From contig NC_092377.1 of the NCBI RefSeq assembly GCF_030028105.1, positions 53,756,952-53,820,951 of the forward strand: a stretch of DNA of 64,000 nt, given 5' to 3'. Under the pieces are notes generated by a model. It saw only the letters and a list, made by a program, of their open reading frames with translations, searched no databases and had not been told where the DNA came from. Shown piece by piece: positions 12,045 to 26,275 of this stretch. Within the stretch, counting starts at the first letter, position 1, and each line of letters opens with the position of its first letter. This stretch comes from Mobula birostris (lineage: Eukaryota). A program made the position numbers and the translations under genes.

Positions 12045-13240
12045 TCGAGTCATAGAACACTACAACACAGAAGCAGGCCCTTCAACCCATCTAGTCTGAG
12101 CTGATCCATTAATTTGCTTAGTCCCATCTATCTGCACCCAGACCATAGCTCTCCTTACCCCTCCCATCCATGTACCTATCCAAATTTCACTTAAACATTG
12201 AAATCCAACCCAAATCCACCATTTCCACTGGCAGTTCATTCCAAACTCTCACCAACCTTGAGTGAAGAAGATCCCCTTCATGGTCCCCTTAAAGATTTTG
12301 CTTTATACCCTTAACCTTGATTTCTAGTTCTTGTCTCACACAACCACACTGGAAAAAAGATTATTTGCATTTACCTTATCTAAATACCCCTCATAATTTT
12401 ATATACCTCTGTCAAATCTCACTTTATTCTCCTTCATTCTAGGGATTAGACTACTAATCTATTCAAACTTTCTTTATAACTTAGGTCCACAAGTCCAGGC
12501 AAAATCCTTGTAAACTTCCTCTGCAAGCTTTCAATCTTATTGATATTGTTCCTGTAGGTAGGGGACCAGAACTGCACACAACACTCCACATTATTCTTCA
12601 CTAATTCTTATACAACTTCACCATAACATCCTAACTGCTGTACTCAGTACTTTGATTTATAAAGGCCAATGTGATAAAAGCTCTCTTTATGACCCTATCT
12701 ACCTGTGACACCACTTCCAAGGAATTATGGCCTTTTATTCCCAGATTCCTTTATTCTACTGTACTTCTCAGTGCCCACCATGCAAGTCTTACCTTGGTTT
12801 GTCCTCCGCATATGTAATACCTCACAGCTGTCTGCACTAAATTCCATTTGCCATTCTTCCAGCCTATTTTTCTAGCTGGTCAAGAATTGGCTGCAAGTTT
12901 TGACAGCCTTCCTCACTGTTCACTAGGCCCTCAGCCTTGGTTTCATCCACAAATTTGCTGATCCAGTTCACTATTTTATCATCCAAGTCATTGATATAGA
13001 TGACATACAACAATGGACACAGCACTGATCCCTGCGGCACACCACTTATCACAGACCACCAGTCACAGAGGCAAACACCTACTATCTCTCGCTGGCTTCT
13101 TCCAATGTCTAGCTCAATTTACTACCTCATCTTGAATGACAAGTGATTAAAACTTCTTGACTAGTCTCCCATGCAGAACCTTGTCAAATGCCTTGCTAAA
13201 GGTCCAGTGCCTGGTAACTTCACTAAAAAACTCTATAACT
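12045..13240 (-). mobile_element. CR1 LINE, 5'-truncated
   Basis: SGVPQGSVLCPLLYVIYINDLD..SKFVDET RT motifs, CR1 3' tail at the left end. Confidence 0.9.
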
Positions 13241-13764
13241 TCGGTGAAGATACTACATCCTCTCCAACATGCTACTGAATAAATTATGTGATTTTTGTAG
13301 GACAGATTTGCTGAATATATTCAGTAATGTATTTTTATATATAATGGTAAATAGTTGCCATATATAGATTCCACAATTATAATAACTATTACAGTACGAA
13401 TAACTATAATTATTGTTGGAAGAGATCCATGTCTGTTGGAGGAAAACAATAGAATAATCATGAAAAATCATTAAAATTTTCACTTACTGAGCTTCTGGAG
13501 TAATACAATGGATTATTGGTTGTTGCAGAACCAACTACTGTTTGTTATAATATTAATTTTGTTTCATCATTGAATCATGATTCAAATCATTTTCATTCAA
13601 TGCTCTTTCACAACACCTTCCTTTACTCTGGGACAGCTTTCCTGCCCACCATCAATCGCCCAGTAAAGTGATTCAGTCCATTATACCTGATCTATAACAG
13701 TTTTCAGATGCATTCTGAAGATTATAACAATGTAATAAATTATATTACTTTGCAAATTTATTTT

Positions 13765-13975
13765 AAAAGTTCAAAATAAATTTATTATCAAAGTAAATAG
13801 TGTATATGACACCATATACCACCCTGAGAATCCTTTTCTTGCAGGCATACAAAGTAAATCCCAGAAACACGATATAGTGTGCAAAAGACAAGAAACTGCA
13901 AATACAAACGAGAAGCAATAATAATAAAGAAATAATCAATATATATCAAGAACATGAGACGGTGTCCGTGAAAGT
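13765..13975 (-). mobile_element. Rex1-like 3' UTR fragment
   Basis: Matches the 3' UTR at 29585-29820 (AAATTTATTATCAAAG..CCCTGAGA..TTTTCTTGCAGGCAT). Confidence 0.55.
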
Positions 13976-14233
13976 AAAAGTTCTATTCCTTCTATTCTTG
14001 TTTTATTCTAAATTCTGAATATTGTTGTTTGCCGCTACATTATACTAATAAAGCAAAATGGAGGGAAAGATCCTAGTGTCATCAAGAGTGGCATTTAGTT
14101 TACTTGATGACAATTGATTGTGTTCCATTACACAATCAATATTAATTTCTCAAACCCTCCAGTGAATTACAGCACTGCCAGTTTAACACATCACACATCT
14201 ATTTTGACATTGTAATTTTAATGTCTGACTTAC

Positions 14234-14617
14234 CTCTCTCACAGGACCTGCCAAGAAATCCAGTTCCAGAACAGTCACAAATATAGCGGTTCCAGCCTTC
14301 TCTACAAACACCATTATTTCGACATGGATCACTAAGGCACTGCTTTGGAAGTTCCTTGGCACATGAAGGTTTCACTCCAGCCACATTTTGAATCTCAGCC
14401 ATCCTCCGTATGTCTTTACTTTGACCATCAATAAACAAGTCTCTAATACAACCAACATAGCCATAATTAAGAAGAGCCGTCCATACTTCTGTTGGAAATA
14501 TAAGAGCTGCTTTGTTCTCAGGAAGTCCACCAAGATATAGGTCATCATCCAGATCCAAAATTTCACTCTCCCCATGTGCCATGTATGGTGAACGCTTGCT
14601 GTTTATGGATATAGTCC
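14234..14617 (-). CDS. NRXN1: Neurexin-1-alpha internal coding exon (384 nt; end of LNS3 plus EGF2)
   Basis: Translates (G)[35 protein letters not shown]...[30 protein letters not shown]...[35 protein letters not shown]. Acceptor TTTCCTTTACAG|GG, donor G|GTAAGT. Phase 1 joins the upstream exon in frame (G+GG = Gly). Confidence 0.96.
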
Positions 14618-14807
14618 CTGTAAAGGAAACATAGAAATTAAAAATATATAACTTTTAATAACTGATTATTTAGGAAATGATTGAATAATCATTTAGTTTA
14701 GTCATTATGTACTCTTTCTCAAGATTACAGTTAAATCCAGTTAATTTTGTTCAAAGTTCTGGATTAGTTACTTGACATATCCATGCTCACTAACTAACTC
14801 AACAGAA

Positions 14808-15295
14808 GAACATCCCTTTAGAACAGAGATGAGGAAGAACTTCTGAACAGAAGTTGGTGAATCTTAGGAATTCATTACTAGAGACAGCTGTGGAGTCCAG
14901 TCATTGAATATATTTAAAGCAGAGGTTGATAGGTTCTTCATTAGTAAGGGCTTCAAAGTTTATGCAGAGGGGGGTGGAGAACGTCAACTCAGACCATGAG
15001 AGGCCTGAGTCGCGCATTTTCATGCCTTACAAGGCACAGATTGGAAGTCTGTGTGGGGTGCCACTCCTCGCACAGACACTAGAGCAATGTGTGATTAAGT
15101 GCCTTGCTCACGGACACAAACACGCTGCTACAGCTGAGGCTCAAACTAATGACCTTCAGATCACTAGACGAATGCCTTAACCACTTGGCCATATGCCCAA
15201 CATCCGGAGAAAACATGAGAATGTGGTTGAGACAAAAAATACATCAACTGTGATCCAATTGGTCCAGTTCTTCCTAATGTCTTACAGTCTTAATA
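14808..15295 (+). mobile_element. CR1 3' fragment interrupted by a SINE
   Basis: CCCTTTAGAACAGAGATGAGGAAGAACTTC..TTTAAAGCAGAGGTTGATAGGTTC; resumes after ~15203. Confidence 0.7.
14983..15202 (-). mobile_element. tRNA-derived CORE-type SINE
   Basis: Minus strand: A box TGGCCAAGTGG, B-box-like GTTTGAGCC, then GTGTCCGTGAGCAAGGCACTTAATCAC. Second copy at 16592-16801. Confidence 0.8.
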
Positions 15296-15411
15296 TTGTA
15301 CAGTACATTTTCAAGGTCCTACCACGATAAGGATAATTTAAGGAAAATTATCTGCAGAGAAACCATCAAAAGACATCATGGGAGCTCAGCAAGCCAGGTA
15401 AATGAATGGAT

Positions 15412-16579
15412 ACACGAGGAATTCTGCAGATGCTGGAAATTCAAGCAACACACATCAAAGTTGCTGGTGAATGCAGCAGGCCAGGCAGGATCTCTAGGAA
15501 GAGGTACAGTCGACGTTTCGTGCCGAGACCCTTCATCACGACTAACTGCAGGAAGGGCTAGTAAGAGATTTGAAAGTGGCAGGGGGAGTGGGAGATCCAA
15601 AATGATAGGAGAAGACAGGAGGGGGAGGGATGGAGCCAAGAGCTGGACAGGTGATTGGCAAAAGGGATATTAGAGGATCATGGGACAGGAGGCCCAGGGA
15701 GAAGGAAAAGGGGGAGGGGGGGAGAAAACCCAGAGGATGGGCAAGGGGTATAGTCCGAGGGACAGAGGGAGAAAAAGGAGCGAGAGAGAGAAAGAATGTG
15801 TGTGTATAAATAAATAACGGATGGGATACGAGGGGGAGGAGGGCATTATCGGAAGTTAGAAAAGTCAATGTTCATGTCATCAGGTTGGAGGCTACCCAGA
15901 TGGAATACAAGGTGTTGTTCCTCCAACCTGAGTGTGGCTTCATCTTTACAGTAGAGGAGGCCATGGATAGACATATCAGAATGGGAATGGGATGTAGAAT
16001 TAGAATGTGTGGCCACCGGGAGATCCTGCCTTCTCTGGCGGACAGAGCGTAGGTGTTCAGCAAAATGATCTCCTAGTCTGCGTCGGGTCTCGCCAATATA
16101 TAGAAGGTCACATCGGGAGCACCGGACGCAGTATATTACCCCAGTCGACTCACAGGTGAAGTGTCGCCTCACCTGGACAGACTGTCTGGGGCCGTGAATG
16201 GTGGTAAGGGAGGAAGTGTAAGGGCATGTTTAGCACTTGTTCCGCTTACAAGGATAAGTGCCAGGACGGAGATCAGTGGGGAGGGATGGGGGGGGGACAA
16301 ATGGACAAGGGGGTCGGTAGGGAGCGATCCCTGCGGAAAGCGGGGGGGGGAGGGAAAGATGTGCTTAGTGGTGGAATCCCGTTGGAGGTGGCGGAAGTGA
16401 CGGAGAATAATATGTTGGACCCTGAGGCTGGTGGGGTGGTAGGTGAGGACCAGGGGAACCCTATTCCTAGTGGGGGGACAGGAGGGTGGAGTGAGAGAAG
16501 ATTTGCATGAAATGGGGGAGATGCGTTTGAGAGCAGAGTTGATGGTGGAGGAAGGGAAGCCCCTTTCTTTAAAAAAGGA
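15412..16579 (-). mobile_element. Neptune-type Penelope-like element, 3' portion (GIY-YIG endonuclease plus terminal repeat)
   Basis: GVIYCVRCSRCDLLYIGETRRRLGDHFAEH GIY-YIG domain and Cys-rich linker. Hammerhead motif at 15507-15543 with mutated core (GTGATGA). Confidence 0.9.
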
Positions 16580-16591
16580 CTGAGGAGGGGG

Positions 16592-16801
16592 AAGTCGACT
16601 CAGACCATGAGAGGCATGCATTGGGCATTTTCATGCCTTACAAGGCGTAGGTTGGAAGTCTGTGTGAGGCGCCACTCCTCGCACAGACAATAGGGCAATG
16701 TGTGGTTAAGTGCCTTGCTCAAGGACACAAACATGCTGCCACAGCTGAGGCTCGAACTAGGCGACCTTCAGGTCACTAGACGAATGCCTTAACCACTTGG
16801 T
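16592..16801 (-). mobile_element. tRNA-derived CORE-type SINE, copy 2
   Basis: Colinear with 14983-15202. B box GTTCGAGCC, core GTGTCCTTGAGCAAGGCACTTAACCAC. Confidence 0.8.
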
Positions 16802-16899
16802 ACAACAACATTCTATTTGTGAGTGAATATTTAACAATCCTTTTGTGTGTAACACATTAATAGCTCATTGTAACAGTTCCTAAAACAAACCACGTCGCA

Positions 16900-17250
16900 A
16901 GAATCAGTTCAGTGATGGGGCAAGTGAAGTTATTCCCTTTGGTTCAAAAGCCTGATGGATGAGGGGTAATACATGCTGCTGAACCTGGTGGTGTGTGTTC
17001 TAAAGCTCTTGTACTTTCTTCCCAATGGCAACAACAAGAAGAAAGCATGGCCTACATGGTGAGGGTCCTTGATGGATGTTGCCTTCCTGGGACTGCACTC
17101 CATGAAGATGTGCTCAATGGAGAGGAGAAGGCTTTACCTGTGACGGACTGGGCCATATCCGTTACTTTTAGTTAGATGTTATGCTCAAGGCCATTGGTGT
17201 TGACATACTAAGCCATGATGTAATCAGTCAACATACTCCACCACACATCT
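16900..17250 (-). mobile_element. Rex1-like LINE fragment
   Basis: Colinear with 29835-30170 of the Rex1 copy. Confidence 0.6.
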
Positions 17251-17367
17251 CTTTTACTCAAAATGATTTTAAAAGGGAACTGGTTGTGTACTTCAGAACT
17301 TTCAATATTAAGATAAAAAACACAGATTTGGCATTAAGCATCAGAACAACCAGCCAAAGAACAGTGT

Positions 17368-19143
17368 ACATAGAAACATAGAAAGTAGGTGCAGGAGTAG
17401 GCCATTCGGCCCTTTGAGCCTGCACCGCCATTCAGTATGACCATGGCTGATCATCCAACTCAGAACCCTGTACCAGCCTTCCCTCCATACCCCCTGATCC
17501 CTTTAGCCACAAGGGCCATATCTAACTCCCTCTTAAATATAGCCAATGAACTGGCCTCAACTGTTTCCTGAGGCAGAGAATTCCACAGATTCACCACTCT
17601 CTGTGTGAAGCAGTTTTTCGTCATCTCGGTCCTAAAAGGCTTCCCCTTTATCCTCAAACTGTGACCCCTTGTTCTGGACTTCCCCAACATCAGGAACAAT
17701 CTTCCTGCCTCTAGCCTGTCCAATCCCTTTATAATATTATACGTTTCAATAAGATCCCCCCTCAATCTTCTAAATTCCAATGAGTATAAGCCTAGTTCAT
17801 CCAGTCTTCCTTCATATGAAAGTCCTGCCATCCCAGGAATCAATCTGGTGAACCCTTCTTTGTACTCCCTCTGTGGCAAGGATGACTTTCCTCAGATTAG
17901 GGGACCAAAACTGCTCACAATACTCCAGGTGTGGTCTCACCAAGGCCTTGTACAACTGCAGTAGTACCTCCCTGCTCCTGTACTCGAATCCTCTTGCTAT
18001 AAATGCCAGCATACCACTCGCCTTTCTCACCACCTGCTGTACCTGCATGCCCACTTTCAATGACTGGTGTATAATGACACCCAGGTCTCGTTGCACCTCC
18101 CCTTTTCCTAATCGGCCACCATTCAGATAATAATCTGTTTTCCTGTTCTTGCCACCAAAGTAGATAACCTCACATTTATCCACATTAAATTGCATCTGCC
18201 ATGAATTTGCCCACTCACCTAACCTATCCAAGTCACCCTGCATCCTCTTAGCATCCTCCTCACAGCTAACACTGCCGCCCAGCTTCGTGTCATCCGCAAA
18301 CTTGGAGATGCTGCATTTAATTCCCTCATCTAAGTCATTAAGATATATTGTAAACAACTGGGGTCCCAGCACTGAGCCTTGCGGTACCCCACTAATCACT
18401 GCCTGCCATTCTGAAAATGTCCCGTTTATTCCCACTCTTTGCTTCCTGTCTGCCAACCAATTCTCTATCCACATCAATACCTTACCCCCAATACCGTGTG
18501 CTTTAAGTTTTCACACTAATCTCCTGTGTGGGACCTTGTCAAAAGCCTTTTGAAAATCCAAATATACCACATCCACTGGTTCTCCCCTATCCACTCTACT
18601 AGTTACATCCTCAAAAAATTCTATGAGATTCGTCAGACATGGTTTTCCTTTCACAAATCCATGCTGACTTTGTCCGATGATTTCACCGCTTTCCAAATGT
18701 GCTCTTATCACATCTTTGACAACTGACTCTAGCAGTTTCCCCACCACCAATGTTAGGCTAACTGGTCTATAATTCCCCAGTTTCTCTCTCCCTCCTTTTT
18801 TAAAAAGTGGGGTTACGTTAGCCACCCTCCAATCCTCAGGAACTAGTCCAGAATCTAAAGAGTTTTGAAGAATTATCACTAATGCATCCACTATTTCTTG
18901 GGCTACTTCCTTAAGTACTCTGGGATGCAGACCATCTGGCCCTGGGGATTTATCTGCCTTTAATCCCTTCAATTTACCTAACACCACTTCCCTACTAACA
19001 TGTATTTCCCTCAGTTCCTCCATCTCACTGGACCCCCTGTCCCCTACTATTTCCGCAAGATTATTTATGTCCTCCTTAGTGAAGACAGAACCAAAGTAGT
19101 TATTCAATTGGTCTGCCATGTCCTTGCTCCCCATAATCAATTC
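17368..19143 (-). mobile_element. Young CR1 LINE (RT to 3' end)
   Basis: KSPGPDGLHPRVLKE, NYRPVSLT, YLDFQKAFDKV, SGVPQGSVLGP, SKFADDTK. Only one stop (18511-18513) and one frameshift (~17880). (TTTCTATG)n tail. Confidence 0.95.
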
Positions 19144-20549
19144 ATTACGTATCTTTTTCTCTGCTGCATACTTCAATATTCCATTACTCAATGAAAATAG
19201 ATAATTATGCTATTAAAATGGTAAATCAACTTAACAGTGCCGACAACAGTGTATTTTATTTTACATAACACTTGTATCCACATATATTTTATTAATTTAC
19301 TTTAGATATTTTGGCAGCCTTTTAATAAAAATAAACAGTTTTATTTTGCTTTAATGCATTTGACTGAAGTGGGCTTTCAGACTAGGATGCGATTTTTGTT
19401 ATAGCAGTAATGACTAATAGAGTCTGAAGAGAGATTGACATATTAGTATAATTGATGGAGATTTATAAGTACATCATCAATCATTTGTGAAGATTTGTTT
19501 GCTACTACTGTGATAGATGTCAATAAAATACCATTATTGCTGTTGGAAATGACTAGATGAACTAAGGCATAGAAACAAAATTACTTGATTGTTGAAACTG
19601 TATATTTCACCTAGGTATTTAGTTTTGAGTCCAGAATACTCTGCTTTGTTCTTGATTAGTAAGTCACTAATTAGTAAGAGACTGAAAATAAGTGTTCAAA
19701 CAGTGCTCTCTATGACACCATAAGTTACTTAAAAATTTCTGGTGTCTAATACAGAAAATGTAAAATATTTTTTTTCACAGTTACAATTACTTCGGTAAGT
19801 ACTATTTTATTCCTTTTACACTAATTTGGATGGTAGCCTTCAAAATGGAATCCTTAAGTATTAAAATTACAATGCATCATAATATTATCATTATTCTCCA
19901 AAACCCAAAGATATTTGTCTCCAATGAAATTCAGGAGTGCTCTGCATTACTTGCAATCCTTAGTGTTATGCTTGTTACCATGTTTACAATATACTGTGCA
20001 GCAAAGCAAATATATGGTGACATATTTTCAGGCTCCATTTTCTTGCACAAATATGAAAGATCTGTTTTCACCTAATGATCACTTGATAAAATATTAGATT
20101 GTACCATTTCCTGATGACATTTTAGTAAATCAATAGCAGACTACTGTACTCCCACAGGAAATGTGACTGACTGTATGAATAATTGGGGTTGAGTAGCTGT
20201 GCAGGCAGTTGCACAATAACAAGCAGCTTTGCAATCCATAATCCTCGAAATTGATCATAAGTATTGCATGGGAATTTGCCTTGACAGAGCCTGGGCTGAA
20301 CCTGTGAATATACAAGCTGTAAAACAGTTGTAATAGTGTCAGAAAGGGATAGCACCTTATCTCTGGTGGCTTTTCATTGTCTACAGTTTTATAATTTTCA
20401 TTGTACTACTGCTAAATAGAGGTTCAATACCTGAGACCAGAGAATCCTCATCAAACATTAATATCTAATGAACACAAACATTTCCCAAGAATTTATTTAA
20501 GTAAAATCTTTTTGTGCAGATGGTAATATACTGGAGTGAAATGAAGAGT

Positions 20550-21020
20550 GACTGGCTAACAAGAAGCAGAGTAGGCATAGACATATCTTTATCTTTAAAA
20601 AAAAATAAATGAGTGGAGTGCATCGGGGAGCATTGCAGAGACCTCAGATGTTTAGTCTTTATAACAATGATTTGCTTGAAGCCACTGAAGGTTTGGTTGC
20701 TAAATTTGGTGGTAACACAAAGATAATCAGTGAAACTAATATAAGGAGGCTATAAAATAGGTTAAATAAGTGGACAAACAGGAAATATGTAATCACCCAT
20801 TTTGGCTGAAAAATAATAAAACCCCTATTATCTAATTGCTGAGGGATGGCAGAGCTCTGAGATGCAGAGAGATCTGGATTTCCAACAATATGATTCATAA
20901 AAGGCTAGTAAGCAAATACATTGTGTAATTAGGAAATATGACCAGAATGTTACTCTCAGTGCTTGAGAAAAGCACAAAACCAGGAATGGAGCATTGTTGA
21001 GACCATATTCGGGACAGCAG
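20550..21020 (+). mobile_element. Old CR1 RT fragment
   Basis: Degenerate WL..RSRV, GVP.G and AKF..NTK-like segments. Confidence 0.55.
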
Positions 21021-22144
21021 ATCCGGAAAATTTGTTTTGTATCTAAGCAGGAGCTACAATTTCTATTGTTTGTGACAGCAGGAGCTTTAAAGTAAAGTAG
21101 TAAGGCTGCCATCAGGGATAATCCTCATCTGGTCATCTACCAGAAATTGTTCATCAGAGGATCCATGCAGATTGACCCCTTGAAGCATCATGAGTATGTG
21201 CAGGTTTCAGCTCAAAATATAAAGGAGGGAGTGAGAAAGGGAAGCGTTTCCTAGATTTGGTTATGATATTTAGACCTCTCTCAGTCTCAAGTAAAGACAT
21301 TTCACCACCAAATAAAGAATTCCATTTTCTTTAGGAATTCTGTTTCCTGAAACAAGACTTCTAATCGGCCAGCAATAACTCAATTACTGTACCATCATAA
21401 TCATGGGTAGGTAGGGTAACTATTACTTCTACACTACTGGTCACTTTTTGTATTTATTGAGAAATCTAAGCAATTGTAAAACTTGATAATACAAACTGAA
21501 ACTAAATCACCTTCATGCGTAAAAGAAACATCAACTTTATTGCACTTCAAAGCATGCTTATTGCATTTCAATATATTTTAAATAAGGGGTATGAGGAAAT
21601 AACTAAATAAATAGCTGAACATTGCTGTTTTCTTTTCCATAATAAAAAAGCTTCCCTGTGTTATGGTAAAAGTGGCTCAATTCATGGAGGATCTGCAACA
21701 ATTATTCATTAGATTGACAATGTAAATCATTTTCAGAGGTTCGTAACAGGATCCAAAAATAGTAATTTCGCATACGGTGTAAATTTTACTTAATTATAGG
21801 TAATTCAGTATCTCGTGCTCATGCTTATTTGTTGGGAAGTGCAAAGAAAACTTCAGTTCAATATTCAACACAACACAAAAATATCAATTGTCTTACAGGA
21901 CCAGAGAGAACTGCTGATGAAAGAACATGTAGTCAAGTGCCGATAAAGGATGACGTGGCCACTTGTCTGTATTGTTTTAATTCAGACGGTGGGAAAAAAA
22001 AAATCATCGGTTGTATCATCTGGGAAACATTCAGCCAGGGAGAGATCTCCAGGACTCTGTGATTTTTTTTTTCCACTGATGTTGAATTCATTTGGTGTGA
22101 GGGCAGAGAAAGAGAAGGAAATGGAGCAATGTATATAATATATA

Positions 22145-22903
22145 CAGTGGATTATGGTTATTTAGGCCATCAGTTAATCAGTGCAGCCACTTATTTGGGC
22201 CAATAAAGAACAAAAATAATCAAGAAAATAGCCTGGATTCCCTTCATGTGGGACACCATGCTGCTTAACTGAGACAGGGGACTGTTGCCAAGCAGCTTCT
22301 AACTAGCATCACTCACAAGCACTTGTGTGGCATTAGACACTATACCCTGCTTACAGCAAACAGCGTGTTTGTGTTCAAAAGTCAGCGATGCTTGACGAGA
22401 AATAAGCAGCACGGCAATTCATAACTATGTTGTTCATTGTGATTTCAAGCATTCAGGCTTGGAAATGCCAAAAACGACTAGGAGTGAAAATTAAATGACT
22501 TCACTACTTCAACAAGTTAGGGACTATAAACAATTTGAAGATGTCAATTATCATCCTGAATGTTACAATGAAAATGAAGAGTTGGAGGATACAATCATTG
22601 AAAGCATTATATGAAAACAGTCCATTAGCTGCACTAGGTGTCTGCTCATATTTTGTTCATTTACAATCAATCAAAAGAACATGGTAGATATCTTTCAGAA
22701 ACTAACACACAGTTTTATAGTACCGTATTTGTAGTGTTCTAATTTGTTCTGTATTTCATATAAATACAGAATTTGTCACTCATTTAAGTGGTAATTTCTT
22801 TTACACCTTTTTAACTATTTCCATTAAGTTAATTAAGTGGCTGCCACAATTTGGCCAAAATGTACTTGGTTCTGATGTGTCCCAGTTAAATGGAATAACA
22901 CTG
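22145..22903 (+). mobile_element. Tigger/pogo-type DNA transposon, internally deleted
   Basis: TA|CAGTG...CACTG|TA termini with imperfect TIRs (CAGTGGATTATGGTTATTTAGG vs CCCAGTTAAATGGAATAACACTG). Degenerate transposase C-terminal remnant near 22385-22455. Confidence 0.75.
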
Positions 22904-23457
22904 TATTTTATTTTGTTGATTGTTGTTCATCTCTAAGCCAGCAGGTGTCATGATGCTCTTGTCTCATTCTTTTGATTGCCATTGATGCCAAAGAGCTGGG
23001 AAAGTGGACACGTGCTCTCAGCAAACTTGAAAGCAAATAAACTTTCAGAAGGACTGAGTTCAGTTTTCATAATTGAGGTGTGTTAAAATACAACACAATT
23101 CCTGGTCTGAATGAAAGGGACAGACCTATTTACCACAGCAGAGAGGTCAAATGCAAAGGCACAAACATTTCCTGCTGTTGGAAAAAAGTTCAGAGGTAGC
23201 TTGAGGAAATATTACTTTTATCCAAATAGTGTGGCCATATGGAAATCGGAGCCTGAAAGGTTGTCAGTAATCAGATAAAAGTCACAGGGTGGTCCGGTAG
23301 TGTAGTCAAGAAGGATTAAATTTGCTGTGATAGGTGATCTACTGGGGAGCAAGGAACTACAAGGGTTAAAGACCATTCCTCAGTAAAATTTCAAGTCTTC
23401 TCAATCAATGCCCCTGAATAAAAACATGAAAGATTTTTGCTCATTTCAGGGAAGGTG

Positions 23458-25615
23458 AAACATAGAAAAATAGAAAAACTACAGCACAATACAATGCTGT
23501 GCCAAAAATGTACTTACTTCAGAAATTATCTAGGGTTACCCATAGCCCTCTATTTTTCTAAGCTCCATGTACCTATCCAGGACTCTAATAAAAAGACCCT
23601 ATCATATCTGCCTACACTGCCATCGCCAGCCCATTCCATGCACTCACCACTATCTGCGTAAAAAACTTACCCCTGACATCCCTTCTGTACCAACTTCCAA
23701 GCACCTTAAAACTGTGCTGTCTTGTGTTAGCAATTTTAGCCCTGTGAAAAAGCCTCTGACTATCCACACGATCAATGCCGCTCATCATCTTATACACCTC
23801 TATCAGGTCACCTTTCATCCTCCATCACTCCAAGGAGAAAAGGCCAAATTCACTCAACCTGTTCTCAGAAAATATGCTCCCCAATCCAGGCAACATCCTT
23901 GTAAATCTTCTCTGAACCCTTTCTATAGTTTCCACATCCTTCCTGTAGTGAGGTGACCAGAACTGAGCACAGTACACCAAGTGAGGTCTGAGCAGGGTCC
24001 TCTCGGCTTTTAAACTCAATCCCATGATTGATGGAGGCCAATGCACCATATGCCATCTTAACCACAGAGTCAACCTGTGCAGCAGCTTTGAGTGTCCTAT
24101 GGACTTGAACCCCAAGATCACTCTGATCCTCCACACTGCCAAGAGTCTTACCATTAATATTATATTCTGCCATCATATTTGACCTACCAAAATGAACCAC
24201 CTCATACTTATCTGGGTTGAACTCCATCTGCCACTTCTCAGCCCAGTTTTGCATCCTATTGATATCCCGCTGTAACCTCTGACAGCCCTCCACACTATCC
24301 TCAACACTCCCAACCATTGTGTCATCAGCAAATTTACTAACCCATCCCACTACTTCCTCATCCAGGTCATTTATAAAAATCATGAAGAGAAGAGGTCCCA
24401 GAACAGATCAGTAAGGCACACCACTAGTCACCGACCTCCATGCAGAATATGACCCATCTACAACCACTCTTTGCCTTCTGGGAGCAAGCTAACTCTGGAT
24501 CCAGAAAGCAAGATCATCTTGGATCCCATGCCTCCTTACTTTCTCAATAAGCCTGGCATGGGGTACCTTATCAAATGCCTTGCTGAAATCCATATACACT
24601 ACATCTACTGCTTTACCTTCATCAATGGGTTTAGTCACATCTTCAAAAAATTCAGGCGCGTAAGGCATGACCTGCCTTTGACAAAGCCATGCTGACTATT
24701 CCTAATCATATTATGCCTCTCCAAATGTTCATACGTCCTGCCTCTCAGGATCTTTTCCATCAACTTACCAACCACCTGAAGTAAGACTCATTGGCCTATA
24801 ATTTCCTGGGCTATCTTTACTCTCTTTCCTGAATAAGGGAACAACACCTGCAATCCTCCATTCCTCCAGAACCTCTCCTGTCCCCATTGATGATACAAAG
24901 ATCATTGCCAGGGGCTCAGCAATTTCCTCCCTTGCCTCCCACAGTAGCCTGTGGTATATCTCATCCGGACCCGGTGACTTAACCAACTTGTTGCTTTCCA
25001 AAAGCTCCAGCACATCCTCTTTCTTAATACCAAAATGCTCAAGCTCTTCAATCCGCTGTAAGTCATCCCTACAAACACCAATATCCTTTTCCGTAGTGAA
25101 TATTGAAGTAAAGTATTCATTAAGTACCTCTGCTATCTCCTCCACTTCCATACACACTTTTCCACTGTCACACTTGATTGGTCCTATTCTCTCACATCTT
25201 ATCCTCTTGCTCTTCACATACTTGTAGAAAGCCTTGGGGTTTTCTTTAATCTTGCTTGCAAAGGTCCTCTCATGGCTCCCTCTTGCTCTCCTAATTTCCT
25301 TCTTAAGCGTCTTCCTGCTAGATTTATAATCTTCTAGCTCTCTCTCATTACCTACTGTTTTGAAACTTTCAAAAGCTTTTCTTTTCTTCTTGACTAGATT
25401 TTCAACAGCCTTTGTACACCACGGTTCCTGTACCCTACCATCCTTTCCCTGTCTCACTGGAACATACCTATGCAGAACACCACACAAATATCCCCTGAAC
25501 ATTTGCACATTTCTGCCACACATTTCCCTGAGAACATCTGTTCCCAATTTATGCTTCCAAGTTCCTGCCTGATAGCTTCATATTTCCCCTTACTCCAACT
25601 AAACGCTTCCCTAGC
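23458..25615 (-). mobile_element. CR1 LINE, 5'-truncated
   Basis: ENPKAFYKYVKSK, KSPGPDEIY, INDLD..SKFADDT, VQRRFTRMLPGL; 3' tail at 23458. Confidence 0.93.
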
Positions 25616-25904
25616 TATTTGGAACGCTCGTTGTTATTGCAGATGTTTTCAAGGATTGCACAACCGTGCAGAGAAAAACAAATAGGTCTTTACATACTGA
25701 TGTGATCACAATTGCTTGTTGTAGAAATTACTGCTCTTAAGAACATAGGAATATCTGTAAAAGTGTCAAATAGATTAAGTTTGATTTGCATCACAACTGA
25801 TAACTTTGTAAACATCTGTTTAAAAGTTAAACAAAAATATGTGGAAGACAGTCTCAAAATTCTTCCTTAGAATATAGAACAATGTGGGGCAACCTTAAAT
25901 AAAT

Positions 25905-26275
25905 GTTTATATTTATGAGAGGCACAGATAAGCTGGATAATGACAGTCTTTTTCCCAGGGTAGGGGAGTTCAGATCTGGGGTGCATCAATCTAGGATGGA
26001 AGGGGAAAGATTTAAAATGGGCCTGAGGGGCAACTTTTTCATGTGGTGGTGGTGAGTGTATGGAATTAATTACCGTAAGAAGTGAGTGATGAAGATAAAA
26101 TATTATAATTTAGGAAGCACTTGAATAGGCTCATGAGGGAAAGGGCTTAACATAAAAAGCATAGGGACATAGAGGGATATTGGCTGAATGCAGGAATTGG
26201 TACTAGCTGGGGGGGAGGGTGAGACGGCACTGTGGTTGGAATGGACTCATTGGGACATGTTGTATTTCCCTATAA
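25905..26275 (+). mobile_element. CR1 3' fragment
   Basis: ATGAGAGGCACAGATAAG..CCTGAGGGGCAACTTTTTCA..GTATGGAAT, CR1-type 3' UTR. Confidence 0.7.

Noticed and set aside
14199-14233. ORF-track extensions of the neurexin ORFs (also 49160-49212 and 49652-49669)
   Set aside because: They lie beyond clear splice donor or acceptor sites and are intronic read-through.
1-14233. Next NRXN1 exon (ATVLSYDGS..) and splice-site-3 mini-exon
   Set aside because: No matching coding sequence seen; presumably outside the window. A very short exon could have been missed by eye.
15130-15202. tRNA gene (also 16740-16801 and 28100-28177)
   Set aside because: The A/B boxes are followed by SINE core and tail sequences, so these are SINE heads.
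15507-15543. Active hammerheads at 11976, 15507, 31056, 33298, 37890, 59604, 61186 and 63806
   Set aside because: Each has substitutions in the CUGANGA or GAAA core, so they were treated as decayed.
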